DNA from: Eledone cirrhosa
Lineage: Eukaryota
Assembly (NCBI GenBank): GCA_964016885.1
Contig: OZ024740.1
Coordinates: 206,274,001-206,338,000, forward strand
Direction of reading: 5' to 3'
Length of the DNA: 64,000 nt
The notes beneath the pieces are model-generated. The model searched no databases. It was not told the DNA's origin and worked only from the letters and a program-made list of their open reading frames with translations. A program made the translations under genes and the position numbers. Below are positions 24,201 through 36,684 of this stretch, in pieces. The number at the start of each line of letters is the position of its first letter. The stretch's first letter is position 1.

Positions 24201-27200
24201 GTCTAGTATAACACAGAGCTAGTTACACTATAGTCTAGTCTAACAGAGCTAGTTACAATATAGTCTAGTCTCTACATAGAGCTAGTTACAATATAGTCTA
24301 GTCTAACACAGAGCTAGTTACAATATAGTCTAGTCTAACACAGCACTAGTTACAATGTAGTCTAGTCTAGAGCTAGTTACAATATAGTCTAGCCTAACAA
24401 AGCTAATTACAATATAGTCTAGTCTAACACAGAGCTAGTTACACTATAGTTTAGTCTAACAGAGCTAGTTACAATATAGTCTAGTCTGTCACAGAGCTAG
24501 TTACAATATAATCTAGTCTAACAGAGAGCTAGTTACAATATAGTCTAGTCTAACACAGAGCGAGTTGTTACAATATAGTCTAGTCTAACAGAGCTAGTTA
24601 CAATATAGTCTTGTCTAACACAGAGCTATTTACAATGTAGTCTAGTTTAACAGAGCTAGTTACAATGTAGTCTTGTTTAACAGAGAGCTATTTACAATAT
24701 AGTCTAGTCTAATACAGAGCTGGTTACAATATAGTCTAGTCTGTCACAGAGCTAGTTACAATATAGTCTAGTCTAACAGAGAGCTAGTTACAATATAGTC
24801 TAGTCTAACACAGAGCTAGTTGTTACAATATAGTCTAGACTAACACAGAGCTAGTTACACTATAGTCTAGTCTGACAGAGCTAGTTACAATGTAGTCTAG
24901 TCTGACACAGAGCTGGTTACAATATTGTCTAGTCTAACAGAGAGCTAGTTACAATATAGTCTAGTCTAACACAGAGCTAGTTGTTACAATATAGTCTAGT
25001 CTAACACAGAGCTAGTTACACTACAGTCTAGTCTGACAGAGCTAGTTACAATGTAGTCTAGTCTGACACAGAGCTGGTTACAATATTGTCTAGTCTAACA
25101 CAGCTAGTTACAATATAGTCTAATCTAACAGAGCTAGTTACAATATAGTCTAGTCTGACAGAGCTAGTTTTTACAATATAGTCTAGTCTGACACAGAGCT
25201 AGTTACAATATAGTCTAGTCTAACAGAGCTAATTACAATATAGTCTTGTCTAACACAGAGCTAGTTACAATATAGCCTAGTCTAACACAGAGCTAGTTAG
25301 AATATAGTCTAGTCTGACAGAGCTAGTTTTTACAATATAGTCTAGTCTAACACAGAGCTAGTTACAATATAATCTAGTCTAACACAGAGCTAGTTACAAT
25401 ATAGCCTAGTCTAACACAGAGCTAGTTAGAATATAGTCTAGTCTAACACAGAGCTAGTTGCTACAATATAGTCTAGTCTAACACAGAGCTAGTTAGAATA
25501 TAGTCTTGTTTAACAGAGAGCTAGTTACAATATAGTCGGGACTAACACAGAGCTAGTTACACTATAGTCTAGTCTGACACAGAGCTAGTTACAATATAGT
25601 CTTGTCTAACACAGAGCTATTTACAATATAGTCTAGTAAAACGGAGCTACTTACAATGTAGTCTTGTTTAACAGAGAGCTATTTACAATATAGTCTAGAC
25701 TATCACAGATCTAGTTACAATATAGTCTAGTCTAACAGAGCTATTTACAATGTAGTCTAGTCTAACGGAGCTAGTTACAATGTAGTCTTGTCTAACAGAG
25801 AGCTATTTACAATATTGTCTAGTCTAACAGAGCTATTTACAATGTAGTCTAGTCTAACGGAGCTAGTTACAATGTAGTCTAGTCTAACGGAGCTAGTTAC
25901 AATGTAGTCTTGTCTAACAGAGAGCTATTTACAATATTGTCTACTTACAATGTAGTCTTGTTTAACAGAGAGCTATTTACAATATAGTCTAGTCTAACAG
26001 AGCTAGTTACAATATAGTCTAATCTAACAGAGCTATTTACAATGTAGTCTAGTCTAACGGAGCTAGTTACAATGTAGTCTTGTCTAACAGAGAGCTATTT
26101 ACAATATTGTCTACTTACAATGTAGTCTTGTTTAACAGAGAGCTATTTACAATATAGTCTAGTCTAACACAGAGCTAGTTACAATATAGTCGGGACTAAC
26201 ATAGAGCTAGTTAGAATATAGTCTAGTCTAACACAGAGCTAGTTACAATATAGTCGGGACTAACACAGAGCTAGTTACACTATAGTCTAGTCTGACTCAG
26301 AGCTAGTTACAATATAGTCTAGACTAACACAGAGCTAGTTACAATATAGTCGGGACTAATACAGAGCTAGTTAAAATATAGTCTAGTCTAACAGAGCTAG
26401 TTACAATATAGTCTAGTCTAACACAGCTAGTTACAATATAGTCTAGTCTAACACAGAGCTAGTTACAATGTAGTCTAGTCTGTCACAGAGCTAGTTACAA
26501 TATAGTCTAGTCTAACACAGAGCTAGTTACAATATAGTCGGGACTAACATAGAGCTAGTTAGAATATAGTCTAGTCTAACACAGAGCTAGTTACAATATA
26601 GTCGGGACTAACACAGAGCTAGTTACACTATAGTCTAGTCTGACACAGAGCTAGTTACAATATAGTCTAGACTAACACAGAGCTAGTTACAATATAGTCG
26701 GGACTAATACAGAGCTAGTTAAAATATAGTCTAGTCTAACAGAGCTAGTTACAATATAGTCTAGTCTAACACAGCTAGTTACAATATAGTCTAGTCTAAC
26801 ACAGAGCTAGTTACAATGTAGTCTAGTCTGTCACAGCTAGTTACAATGTAGTCTAGTCTAAAAGAGACCTAGTTACAATATTGTCTAGTCTAACACAGAG
26901 CTAGTTGTTATAATATCGTCTAGTCTGACACAGAGCTAGTTACAATATAGTCTAGTCTAACAGAGCTAGTTATAATATAGTCTTGTCTAACACAGAGCAA
27001 TTTACAAGATAGTCTAGTCTAACACAGCTAGTTACGATATAGTCTAGTATCACACAGCTAGTTACAATGTAGTCTAGTCTCTACACAGAACTAGTTACAA
27101 TATAGTGTAGTCTAACAGAGCTAGTTACAATATAGTTTAGTGTAACAGCTAGTTACAATATAGTCTAGTTTAACACAGAGCTAGTTACAATATAGTCTAG

Positions 27201-27972
27201 TCTAACAGAGCTAGTTACAATACAGTCTAGTCAAACAGAGAGCTAGTTACAATATAGTCTAGTCTAACAGAGAGCTAGTTACACTATAGTCTAGTCTAAC
27301 AGAGCTAGTTACACTATAGTCTAGTCTGTCAGAGCTAGTTACAATATAGTCTAGACTAACACAGAGCTAGTTACAATATAGTCTAGTCTACCACAGAGCT
27401 AGTTACAATATAGTCTAGTCTAACACAGAGCTAGTTACAATATAATCTAGTCTAACAGAGAGCTAGTTACAATATAGTCTAGACTAACAGAGCTAGTTAC
27501 AATATAGTCTAGTCTAACAGAGCTAGTTAAAATATAGTCTAGTCTAACACAGAGCTAGTTACAATATAGTCTAGTCTAACAGAGCTAGTTACAATATAGT
27601 CTATTCTAACACAGAGCTAGTTACAATATAGTCTAGTCTAACAGAGCTAGTTACACTATAGTCTAGTCTGACAGAGCTAGTTACAATATAGTCTAGTCTA
27701 ACACAGTGCTAGTTACAATATAGTCTAGTCTGACAGAGCTAGTTACAATATAGTCTAGTCTGACAGAGAGCTAGCTACAATATAGTCTAGTCTAAGAGAG
27801 CTAGTTACAATATAGTCTAGTCTCTACACAGAGCTAGTTACAATATAGTCTAGTCTAACAGAGCTAATTACAATATAGTCTTGTCTGACAGAGCTAGTTA
27901 CAATATAGTCTAGTCTAACACAGAGCTAGTTACAATTTAGTCTTGTCTAACAGAGCTAGTTACAATAAAATC
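21248..27972. repeat. 6.7-kb intronic satellite, 30/32-bp unit AGAGCTAGTTACAATATAGTCTAGTCTAAC(AC)
   Basis: More than 200 tandem units with recurring variants; CTAGTTACAATAAAATC at both ends; no ORF in any frame. Confidence 0.97.
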
Positions 27973-28229
27973 AAGCACTCTTCTGTTTTGACCAAATCTA
28001 TTGTCATATTGAGGCTGAAAATTAATATTTTCATTAGTATATTTTCGTATTTTAATTAATTAATGGAGAATTTGTGAAGGGTTTACTAAAACTTATTTGA
28101 AATTTCCAAGTTATTTTTATGAATTATTATATTTGATGGCATATAAGAACCGTTTTCTTTTTTTTTATTGAAAATATTGAAATGCAAAATACTGTATAAA
28201 ATGTAATAAAAATTTTGATTGTTTTGTAG

Positions 28230-28442
28230 ATATTTAGTGAAGTTTGTTGATGGTGATAATTTATGGGTGAAAATAAACCAAATTCTTTCAGTTCCTTACC
28301 TTCCACATGGACAAAATGTAATGGTGCAGTCGGATGATGGCTTCTTTGATTCAGGAATGATAATAAATTATAAATACAATGGATCTGATTCTGATGAAGA
28401 TGTTTTATATGCAGTTGAAATGGAGAATTCTAAAGTTGTTCA
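28230..28442 (+). CDS. TP53BP1: 53BP1 exon: Tudor 1 C-terminal half and Tudor 2
   Basis: ttgtAG|A; KYLVKFVDGDNLWVKINQILSVPYLPHGQNVMVQSDDGFFDSGMI resembles human KYKLLFDDGYECDVLGKDILLCDPIPLDTEVTALSEDEYFSAGVV; donor CA|GTAAGT. Confidence 0.92.
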
Positions 28443-28909
28443 GTAAGTTTTTAACCATAACATGCCATACTGGAAAGATTATTCTCTTTGAAATCATAAA
28501 TATTAGGTTTGTATATATTTTTGAAAAAGAACAGTTGAGATCAATTTGTGATAACTCTTCCATGTTAACATGGAAAAACAGTTGTAAAAGAGTGAGGTCA
28601 ACTTTGTCTTTCACGCTTCCATGAAATTTGCTGCTTTGTGCCTAAATTAGAAATTAATTTACATTTCAGATTGTCTTTTTTACCTTTCTTGACCCAAATT
28701 AGCCATTTAGCTAATGAGTTGTTGTTTTTTTATCACTAAGGGGGTAATTTTCATTAAGATTTATTGACACACTACATCAAGTATGTTAGGATCCTCTTTA
28801 CTATTTAAATTGTGAATGGATAGATGAGACCCAATAAAGAGATAAAGCAAGAATACTTTTAAATATGGTTGTCAGTATGAATCTAAAAATGTTAGATTTA
28901 ATAAGGAAA

Positions 28910-29331
28910 TGTCCAGCCCACACTGTAAAGTGGTCGTGTAGGTGTCACGACTAAAAGCACTCAGCCCACACTGTAAAGTGGTTGTGTTGGTGTCACAACA
29001 AAAAGCATCCAGCCCACACTGTAAAGTGGTTGTGTAGGTGTCACAACAAAAAGCACCCGGTCTACACTGTAAAGTGGTTGTGTAGGTATCACAACAAAAA
29101 GTATCCAGCCCACACTGTAAAGTGGTTGTGTAGGTGTCACAACAAAAAGCACCCAGCACACACTGTTAATGTGGTTGGCATTAGGAAGGGCATCCAGCCA
29201 TAGAAAACCAGCCAGAAACAGTCCTATATGAGTGAGACACAGTCACCCGACCCAACTTGCCTCTAATGGGACAAACCCGTCTAACCCATACTAGCATTGA
29301 AAATGGTCGTTAAACAATGATGATGATGATG
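28910..29331 (+). mobile_element. SINE/RTE tail with an internally amplified 48-bp unit (about 5-6 copies)
   Basis: AAAAAGCACCCAGCCCACACTGTAAAGTGGTTGTGTAGGTGTCACAAC repeated, then GTTGGCATTAGGAAGGGCATCCAGC...(GAT)n. Similar arrays at 30877-31247, 39848-40160 and 40250-40520. Confidence 0.75.
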
Positions 29332-30702
29332 AAATATCCATGGAGGCATTTATAAGCACATCCAACCTACATCAAACTAGGGCAATATGTATATGAATAA
29401 ATAGGCTTTCACATAATTTATTAATGTATTTCTTGTAGAGTATATTTTAGCCAACTTTTGTCTTGATACTGTCACGAGAATATGGATGTAATTAGAATTT
29501 AGAAGGGAAAAATAGAGAAAAGAAATACAAGTGTCTGTTATTCAAAGAAATGAAATTTTTATATTAATTATCATTAAAAATGTGTTGGTAATAATTGTTT
29601 CTACTTTTGGCACAAGGCCAGCAATTATCCCAGTGCATTACTGGTACTTTATTTTATCGACCCCATAAGGATGAAAGGCAAAGTTAACCTCGGCGGGATT
29701 TGAACTCAGATCGTAAAGGACCGTAACTCTATGCTGCAAAGCATGGCTTCCGACCCTCTACCAATACTGCCAATCCAGTAATAATATTGATAAGGTGGTA
29801 ATTGGCAAAGTTGTCAGAGCGTCAAATTAGAATTTCTCCAGTCTTTGTTTCAGCTCACTGTACTCAGAGTTCAAATTCTGCCACAGTCAACTTTGCCTTT
29901 CATCCTTTCAAAGCTGATAAAGTACCAGTCCAGTACTGGATTTGATTTTTCTTCACTCCTTCTCGGGATGAAATCAACTGCATCCCAACCTGGAGATGGA
30001 TGGGTTCTTCCAGATTTAAATTGCCTAAGATACACCATGTATCAGGACAGCCCTCCTACAACTCCATCAAAAGTTAAGGATCCTTTACCTTACCTTATTA
30101 ATATTGGTATTTTTCTCTAAGCATAAAGTCAATTTTCAAAGAGGAATTTAGAGGGGTTTAGTAAAACAACAAAATATTTCATTATCAATCTGGTATTTGG
30201 AACATAACTTAACAAAAGTTCTTAATTATGATGGAATGTTTTAATTGAAATTAAAAATCCTGGCCAAATTTACAGTTCCATCTGAGCAAGGTACAGCGCG
30301 GCCAATCAGGCCAGACTTGTCTCATGACATGGACAACCTGTCTAACCCATGCAAGCATGGAAAATGGATGTTAAATGGTGAGGATGATGATGATCACTTT
30401 AAAATTGAAGGGTTTGTATCACAGGACCTTCAGCAGTCTTTAACAGATTGCTATCAAAAAATTGAAAAGGTTAAAATGTTCATATTTTAATTAAAATCTT
30501 CCCTGACAATTTTCTATAAATACTTTCTGTTATGTATGCAACATCAGCTTGATATTGAAAGACTTGGTTACTTTAGTAAACCACCTCCACATATTTTTTT
30601 AATATTTTCCAAATTAATTGAAACACAGGTCATATATTTCAATAGAACTGTGGATTATAGAAGAGTTGTGTTATATTTTTTATTGCCTTGTCATCACATC
30701 AG

Positions 30703-30827
30703 ATGTACCAGGAAACAGGTGATTCTATCCGAAGATCAAGCAGAGGACATGTTATCTAATGAAAGCTTTTTACTCTCATCTGAATTATTATCCACTCCAC
30801 GCCAATCAGGTGCTGATGTTAGTTTAG
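30703..30827 (+). CDS. TP53BP1: 53BP1 exon: end of Tudor and first half of UDR
   Basis: catcAG|A; CTRKQVILSEDQAEDML...GADVSL resembles human YKRMAVILSLEQGNRL...AADISL; donor G|GTATGT. Confidence 0.9.
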
Positions 30828-32138
30828 GTATGTATCAATTTACTTCCACCTAGCCTATTATCTACTCTACACAATAAGTGCCCAGTCCACACTGTAAAGT
30901 GGTCATGTAGCTATCATGACAAAAAGTCCCCAGTCCACACTGTAAAGTGGTCGTGATGGCGACATGGCAAAAAGCACCCAGCCCACACTGTAAAGTGGTC
31001 GTGTAAGTGTCATGACAAAAAGCACCCAGCTTACACAGTAAAGTGGTCATGTAGGGGTCACGACAAAAAGCACCCAGTCTACACTGTAAATGTAGTTAGT
31101 GTTAGGAAGGGCATCCAGACATAGAAACCAAGCTAAAATCAGTTCTGTGTGAGCAAAGCACAATCCTCTGACCTGGCTGCCTCACAACAGGACAACTCAT
31201 CTAACCCATACTAGTGTAGAAAATGGACATTAAACAATGATGATGATACCAATCAGGTGCTAATGTTAGTTTAGATTTGTATGAATTTACTTCTACTTCA
31301 TATATTATCTACTCTACACCAATCAGTTATTTTCTTAATTTAGGACTCTCACACTTTCAAATTTCAAACACTGCTGTTGCTTCAATAATTCATAATATCT
31401 ATTTAACCCTTTAGCATTTACATTACTTTACTATTATATTTTCATGGTAGAAGCTTTATCTCACATAATATCGAATCTACGAGATTTTGATGATGTTATT
31501 ATTTATTTGGAGAACAATACCTTAATGTCAGTATGAGTGGCCAGTTATGGCTGGTTTGAACAGAAAGAGATGAGAGAATTCTGGCCAGATATGGTTGGTT
31601 TAAATGTTAAAGGGTTAATGTTATGATATTTTGATCAATTTAAAAATATATTTTCAAAAACTCGATGCAATTCTAATTACACCAGAATAATAATAATTGT
31701 TTCTACATTTGGCACAAGGCCAGAAATTATCCCAGTGTATTACTGGTACTTTATTTTATCGACCCCGTAAGGATGAAAGGCAAAGGTAACCTCGGCGGGA
31801 TTTGAAGTCCTTCATTCAGAAAACTGTTAAACGATGATGATGATGTTAGTGTGAAGTTCAAAACTTACTTTATTTGTTTATTTATTAATCCTGCCAAGGT
31901 TAACTTTGCTCCTTTCATCCTTACGAGGTCGATAAAATAAAGTACCAGTAATGCACTGAGATAATTGCTGGCCTTGTGCCAAAAGTAGGCATACAAAAAA
32001 AAATAACGAACTTGTTTTAAATAGTAGGAAATAAAACAATAATACATTTAAAAAAGAAAACAAATAAAATGAATAAAAAAAACAAACAAATGATCTCATC
32101 ATAAGAATACATATTTTCATTTCCATTATTATTTAAAG

Positions 32139-32279
32139 ACAATTTGATTGATGGGTCACGACGTTCAGTCAGTCGAAAGGTTTATTCTGAAAATACCAAA
32201 AGTAAAAAGTTGAGAAGGATGGAACCCCAAGCAATGAGTACACCAACTCATAAAAGGAAAGCTATTAGCAGCAAAAAAG
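32139..32279 (+). CDS. TP53BP1: 53BP1 exon: UDR second half and NLS-like KRK
   Basis: taaAG|AC; DNLIDGSRR resembles human DNLVEGKRK; ...TPTHKRKAISSKK; donor G|GTATTT. Confidence 0.88.
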
Positions 32280-33155
32280 GTATTTTCTGGGATTTGTTTT
32301 CTTTATTTTTAACTGGAGTAAATGGATGTTAAATATTTCTTTTAAATTATTTCAGGAGTTTCTATTGTTAATGCTTTATCTACTGCTTAGTATGTGGCTG
32401 TTGTTGTAGTAGTAGTGGTGGTGGTGGTTGTGGTGGCGGTAGTAGTTGTGGTGGTGGTGGTGGTGGTGGTGGTAGTAGTGGTGGTGGTGGCAGTAGTAGT
32501 TGTTGTGGCGGTGGTGGTGGTGGTAGTGCTGCTACATCAAAAGATGTGACACAAAAGGTTCTGTAGTTTATGACTGCTTATATTTATTAATTGTAGTTTA
32601 CATGAAATATGGATTAGCCCCTTTAATGTCATACTTCTAATGAAATGTGTTTATTTATGTGTTTCAATTAATTTTGAAAATTATTAAAAAAATTTTGAAG
32701 AATTGAATAAATTAAACAACTTTTTCATTAATAAGATGTCTGGAGCGTTATTTCAACAAATGTCTTTTATAAAATTATAAAAGCTTTTAATAAAAGTATG
32801 ACCATTTTAAAATGGACAGATTTGTATCATAAAACTAAAACAGTTTTAGAGGATTTTGGCATCAAACAAGTTAATAGATTCTAGATTGTATGAGAACTTG
32901 GGATATATTTAACCCTTTCACTCTATTTTAATTAACTAATGAATAATTTTGAGGGATTTATTAGAATTATTAATTATTTCATTACTAAGATAGTAACTTA
33001 ATGTAAGGTTCTTATATAAAATTATGTTGGAAGATTATAATTTAAATTAGAAACCTTTAGAATGGGTGATTTTATTTCATAGAACCAGAGCCAGTTTTGA
33101 CTGGGTTGGTAGCTATAGGGTTAATAAAGATAATTATTTTAAAAACTTTTTTCAG

Positions 33156-33242
33156 GTGTTGATAGTGGCATCTGCCATATTGGAGCTGCTATAGCATCTC
33201 CCAAACATAACTATGAAGAAACAAGCCGACGTGCTAAAAAAG
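33156..33242 (+). CDS. TP53BP1: 53BP1 exon: linker before BRCT
   Basis: ttttcAG|GT...AAAG|GTAACT, phases 1/1; GVDSGICHIGAAIASPKHNYEETSRRAKK. Confidence 0.8.
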
Positions 33243-33499
33243 GTAACTCTTTAACATAAAAATTCTATTTATTTATGTATATATAATAAGTCCTTGATTT
33301 TAGAAGGAATTTAAGACATGTCTTAAATTCCTTCTAAACTCTTGGATGTATTATTTAAATACTCTGAGCTGTTGCACTCTTACAATATCCTTATTTATTT
33401 ACCCAACGGAGGAATTGCAGATTGTAGAAAAACATTAAGCTTGAAAATTCTTGGTTTAATTTAACCAATTTTCATCTTTCAACCAATTACTCTTGTCGA

Positions 33500-33836
33500 A
33501 TAGGCAGAGTTGTTAGAACGTCAGATAGAATGCTTTATGTTATTCGTTCCAGCTCTCTGCTCTCTGAGCTCAAATCCCGTTGAGGTCAAATTTGCCTTTC
33601 ATGCTTTCAAGGTCGATAAAAGAAGTACCAGTCTAGTACTGAGGTTGATTCTTCCTCTAAATCTCTTCCTCATTTCCTCTCTTTCACTTTCTATCTTTCT
33701 CTGGAAGAAATCTGCTGTACTCAGGCCTGGAGAAGGATGGGCTCTGCCAGGCTAAAAATGCCCAAGAAACACTGTATGTCAATATGGTGCCCCGACAACT
33801 CTATCCTGTAACTCCTGATAGAGTTGTAGGGACACC

Positions 33837-33840
<4 letters not shown>
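33500..33840 (+). mobile_element. tRNA/Meta-core SINE variant with a distinct 3' region ending in a hairpin and (TA)n
   Basis: GGCAGAGTTGTTAGAACGTC...TCAAATCCCGTTGAGGTCAAATTTGCCTTTCAT; related copies at 53265-53590 (-) and 29795-30090 (+). Confidence 0.65.
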
Positions 33841-33893
<53 letters not shown>

Positions 33894-34214
33894 TGTGTAG
33901 GGGTCACAACAAAAAGCACCCAACACACATTGTAAATGTAGTTGGCGTTAGGAAGGGCATCCAGCTGTAGAAGCCAAGCCAGAAACAGTTCTATATGAGC
34001 TATATACGGTCACCTGACCTGACTTGCCTTTAATGGAATAACCCATGTAACCCAAGCTAGAATAATAGCCCTGAAATATATTGGGTAAAACATTACTTTG
34101 TTTTGTTTTATTTGTCACCTTTTGCCCTTTATATATTTTTACCACATTGTACTGGCTTTCTGAAATACTTTTCAGTCATTTATTACATATCTCACATAAC
34201 TATACTACTATATT

Positions 34215-35750
34215 ATAATAATAATGAAATTATTGTGGAAAGTGCTCAGGTGCACTACAACTTGTCAAAGGTGCATGTATAGTACATAGAATAATATACA
34301 AATGTCAGGGAAGTGAATAGTGTATGAGTCATGATATACATGTGTGTATGTGTATGGAGGGGGAACATTAGGTGTAGTGTTGGCGAATCTTGGGAAGCAT
34401 GGAGGTTTTAAAGGATGCAGTGTCTCGACAGCTAACAACTGATGCAGGTACTTTGTTCCATGCTTCAGCAACTCTGATTGTGAAAAAATGTTTCCGAAAG
34501 TCATGGGAACTGTGCTGTTTTCTGTCTTTGTGGGCATGCCCACGTGTGTTAGACACATGAAAATCAAAAAGGTACTCAGGGTTGTTGTTGGCAAGATGGT
34601 TAACAATTTTCTGGGTGTTTACCAAGTCAGTTGCCAGGCGTCGGAGCTTCAATGCATCCATGCCCAGGGAAGCAAGGCGCTCAGAGTATGGTAGATGCCT
34701 GATGGAGGGTTTTCGCTTGGTTGCATGTCTCTGAACAATTTCCAGGCGGTCAATATTCTGAGCAAGATAAGAATTCTAGACTGGTGATGCAAATTCTAAG
34801 TGTGGCCACACCATAGCTATATACAGCCTTAAATAGATAGCTGGAGAGCAGCTGACAAAGGTCTTGATGAGTGATGCTAAGACACCCTCGGCCCTCTTGA
34901 CAATTTTAGAGACGTGCTTTGTCCAACGCAAATCGCTGCTGACCGTAATGCCCAGGTCACGTTCACAAGAAGACTTCTTGATATTAGTGTTGTGGAGGGA
35001 GTATGTGAACGGTGGGTTTTTACTCCCAAAATGCATGGTGATGCACTTGTCCACAGCTAGCTTGAGTTGCCAGTCTGAGATCCATTGTTGCATTGTGCCC
35101 AGGTCAGACTGCAAGCAAGATCTATAGTGTTCAGGATCTGTCCTTTTTATCTCAAGGTACAGCTTGATGTCATCTGCGTACTTTAGTACTGTGGCATTCT
35201 TTAAGTTGGCATCTATGTCATTAATATATGCCACAAACAAAAGGGGGCCAAGAACAGATCCATGTGGTACACCAGATGACATCTCATATGGTGAAGAATG
35301 CTGTCCCAGAACCGTGACTACCTCTCTTCGACTGAGAATGAAAGACTTCAACCAGTTAAAAAGATCATCCTTCACACTCATTGCAGAGAGTTTTGCCATA
35401 AGCCTTTTGTGTGGCACAGAATTGAAAGCTTTCGCAAAGTCAAGGTAAACAACATCCACTCATGAGCCGCCATCAGTGATCCGGGTGATGTCTTCAAGAA
35501 ACTCGATAAGTTGATCACAGCAGCTGGAATTGGGGATAAATCCAAATTGCGAGGGCCGGATAAGACTGTGAGAGTTCCAGAAGTTCCAAAGTGTTTCTCT
35601 GACACAGGATTCCATCAGTTTGGCAATGCAACTAGTAAGACTGACTGGACGATAGTTCACAGGTGATGTGCGGTCACCCTTTTTGAACAGAGGAATGACA
35701 CTGGCAGTTTTCCACTATTCTGGAGTAGCACCGTTGTTCAGACAGAATTC
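34215..35750 (-). mobile_element. 5'-truncated CR1-group LINE, RT C-terminal part
   Basis: NYRPVSLTS, QFGF, YLDFAKAFNSVPH, GVPHGSVLGPLLF, YADD, ERDLGI, TRGH (ORFs 35460-35660, 34776-35459, 34368-34661); a few stops; (TTA)n tail. Confidence 0.9.
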
Positions 35751-35855
35751 TCATCATTCTCTACACATAGTTGGCTTTGTATGTAGTCTTTTTTTATTGT
35801 CTTCATACCCCTTCCTCCTTAAAAACTACTATATTTACATTTTGATTTATTTCAG

Positions 35856-36026
35856 AACTCTTCGATGTTGTCAAAGGACCAATTCCAAAACTCCCACTTT
35901 TCAATGAAATGAATTTCTTGCTCACTTACACTGAAAAAACACATGAACAAAAGCTACTTGACAAAAAATTACTTCACGATGTCTCATCTGAAAGTTCAAC
36001 CAATTTGTCATATTCTGATTTAGGAG
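35856..36026 (+). CDS. TP53BP1: 53BP1 exon: BRCT1 start
   Basis: tttcAG|AA; KGPIPKLPLFNEMNFLLT resembles human RGPLPLNKTLFLGYAFLLT; donor G|GTGATA. Confidence 0.88.
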
Positions 36027-36595
36027 GTGATACCATTGGAATTTCAATGTTAATTTCTTTTGGCATAAAAATCTTTCCCCAACCATAAATCATTATAGCA
36101 ATGCTGTTGTTTTTAGCACCTGGTCATCCTTGATTAAGCTGACCTATGATCAAAAGTATTCTAACATTGATAATCCCAATATTTTGTTGAGACATGGGAT
36201 GCTAAATTCGAGAGATTTGGCTGCTATTCCTAGCATGTTAAGAGACCTAGTAGAGGTCACATAAAGGTTTTTCAACTCAGAAATGCTACCTCAAATTATT
36301 TCTTATTGTATGTATTATTTATTTTCAATTATTGTGTCAAAGTATGCTGTAAAAATGTCAGATTTACTATACTAGATAATTATACTAGATAAACTATACT
36401 AGATAATTATAATGTTGAGACTAATGAGTGTGAGCTGTAACAACAACAACAACTTTTGATTAGTTATAATTATATAACCCTGCTTGATTGCAACTGTTCA
36501 TGGGTTTTTTTTGGAGGGGGGGGGGGGGGTTTCAAAAAATATTGCTATGATTTCAAACATAAACTCTAAGAATAAAAACTAATATTTTTTTGCAG

Positions 36596-36684
36596 TTGAA
36601 CCTACTGTTCCCTTTGAGAAAAATCATTTGCGGGCTCAGCTTGAAGCAGGCGGAGGAACAGTTTTTAATTCATGGCATAAAAGT
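36596..36684 (+). CDS. TP53BP1: 53BP1 exon: BRCT1
   Basis: ttgcAG|TT; VPFEKNHLRAQLEAGGGTV resembles human PPFNKQYTESQLRAGAGYI; donor AGT|GTAAGC. Confidence 0.9.

Noticed and set aside
21248-27972. CRISPR-like array (about 30-bp repeats)
   Set aside because: Units are head-to-tail with no unique spacers, there are no cas genes, and the context is a eukaryotic intron.
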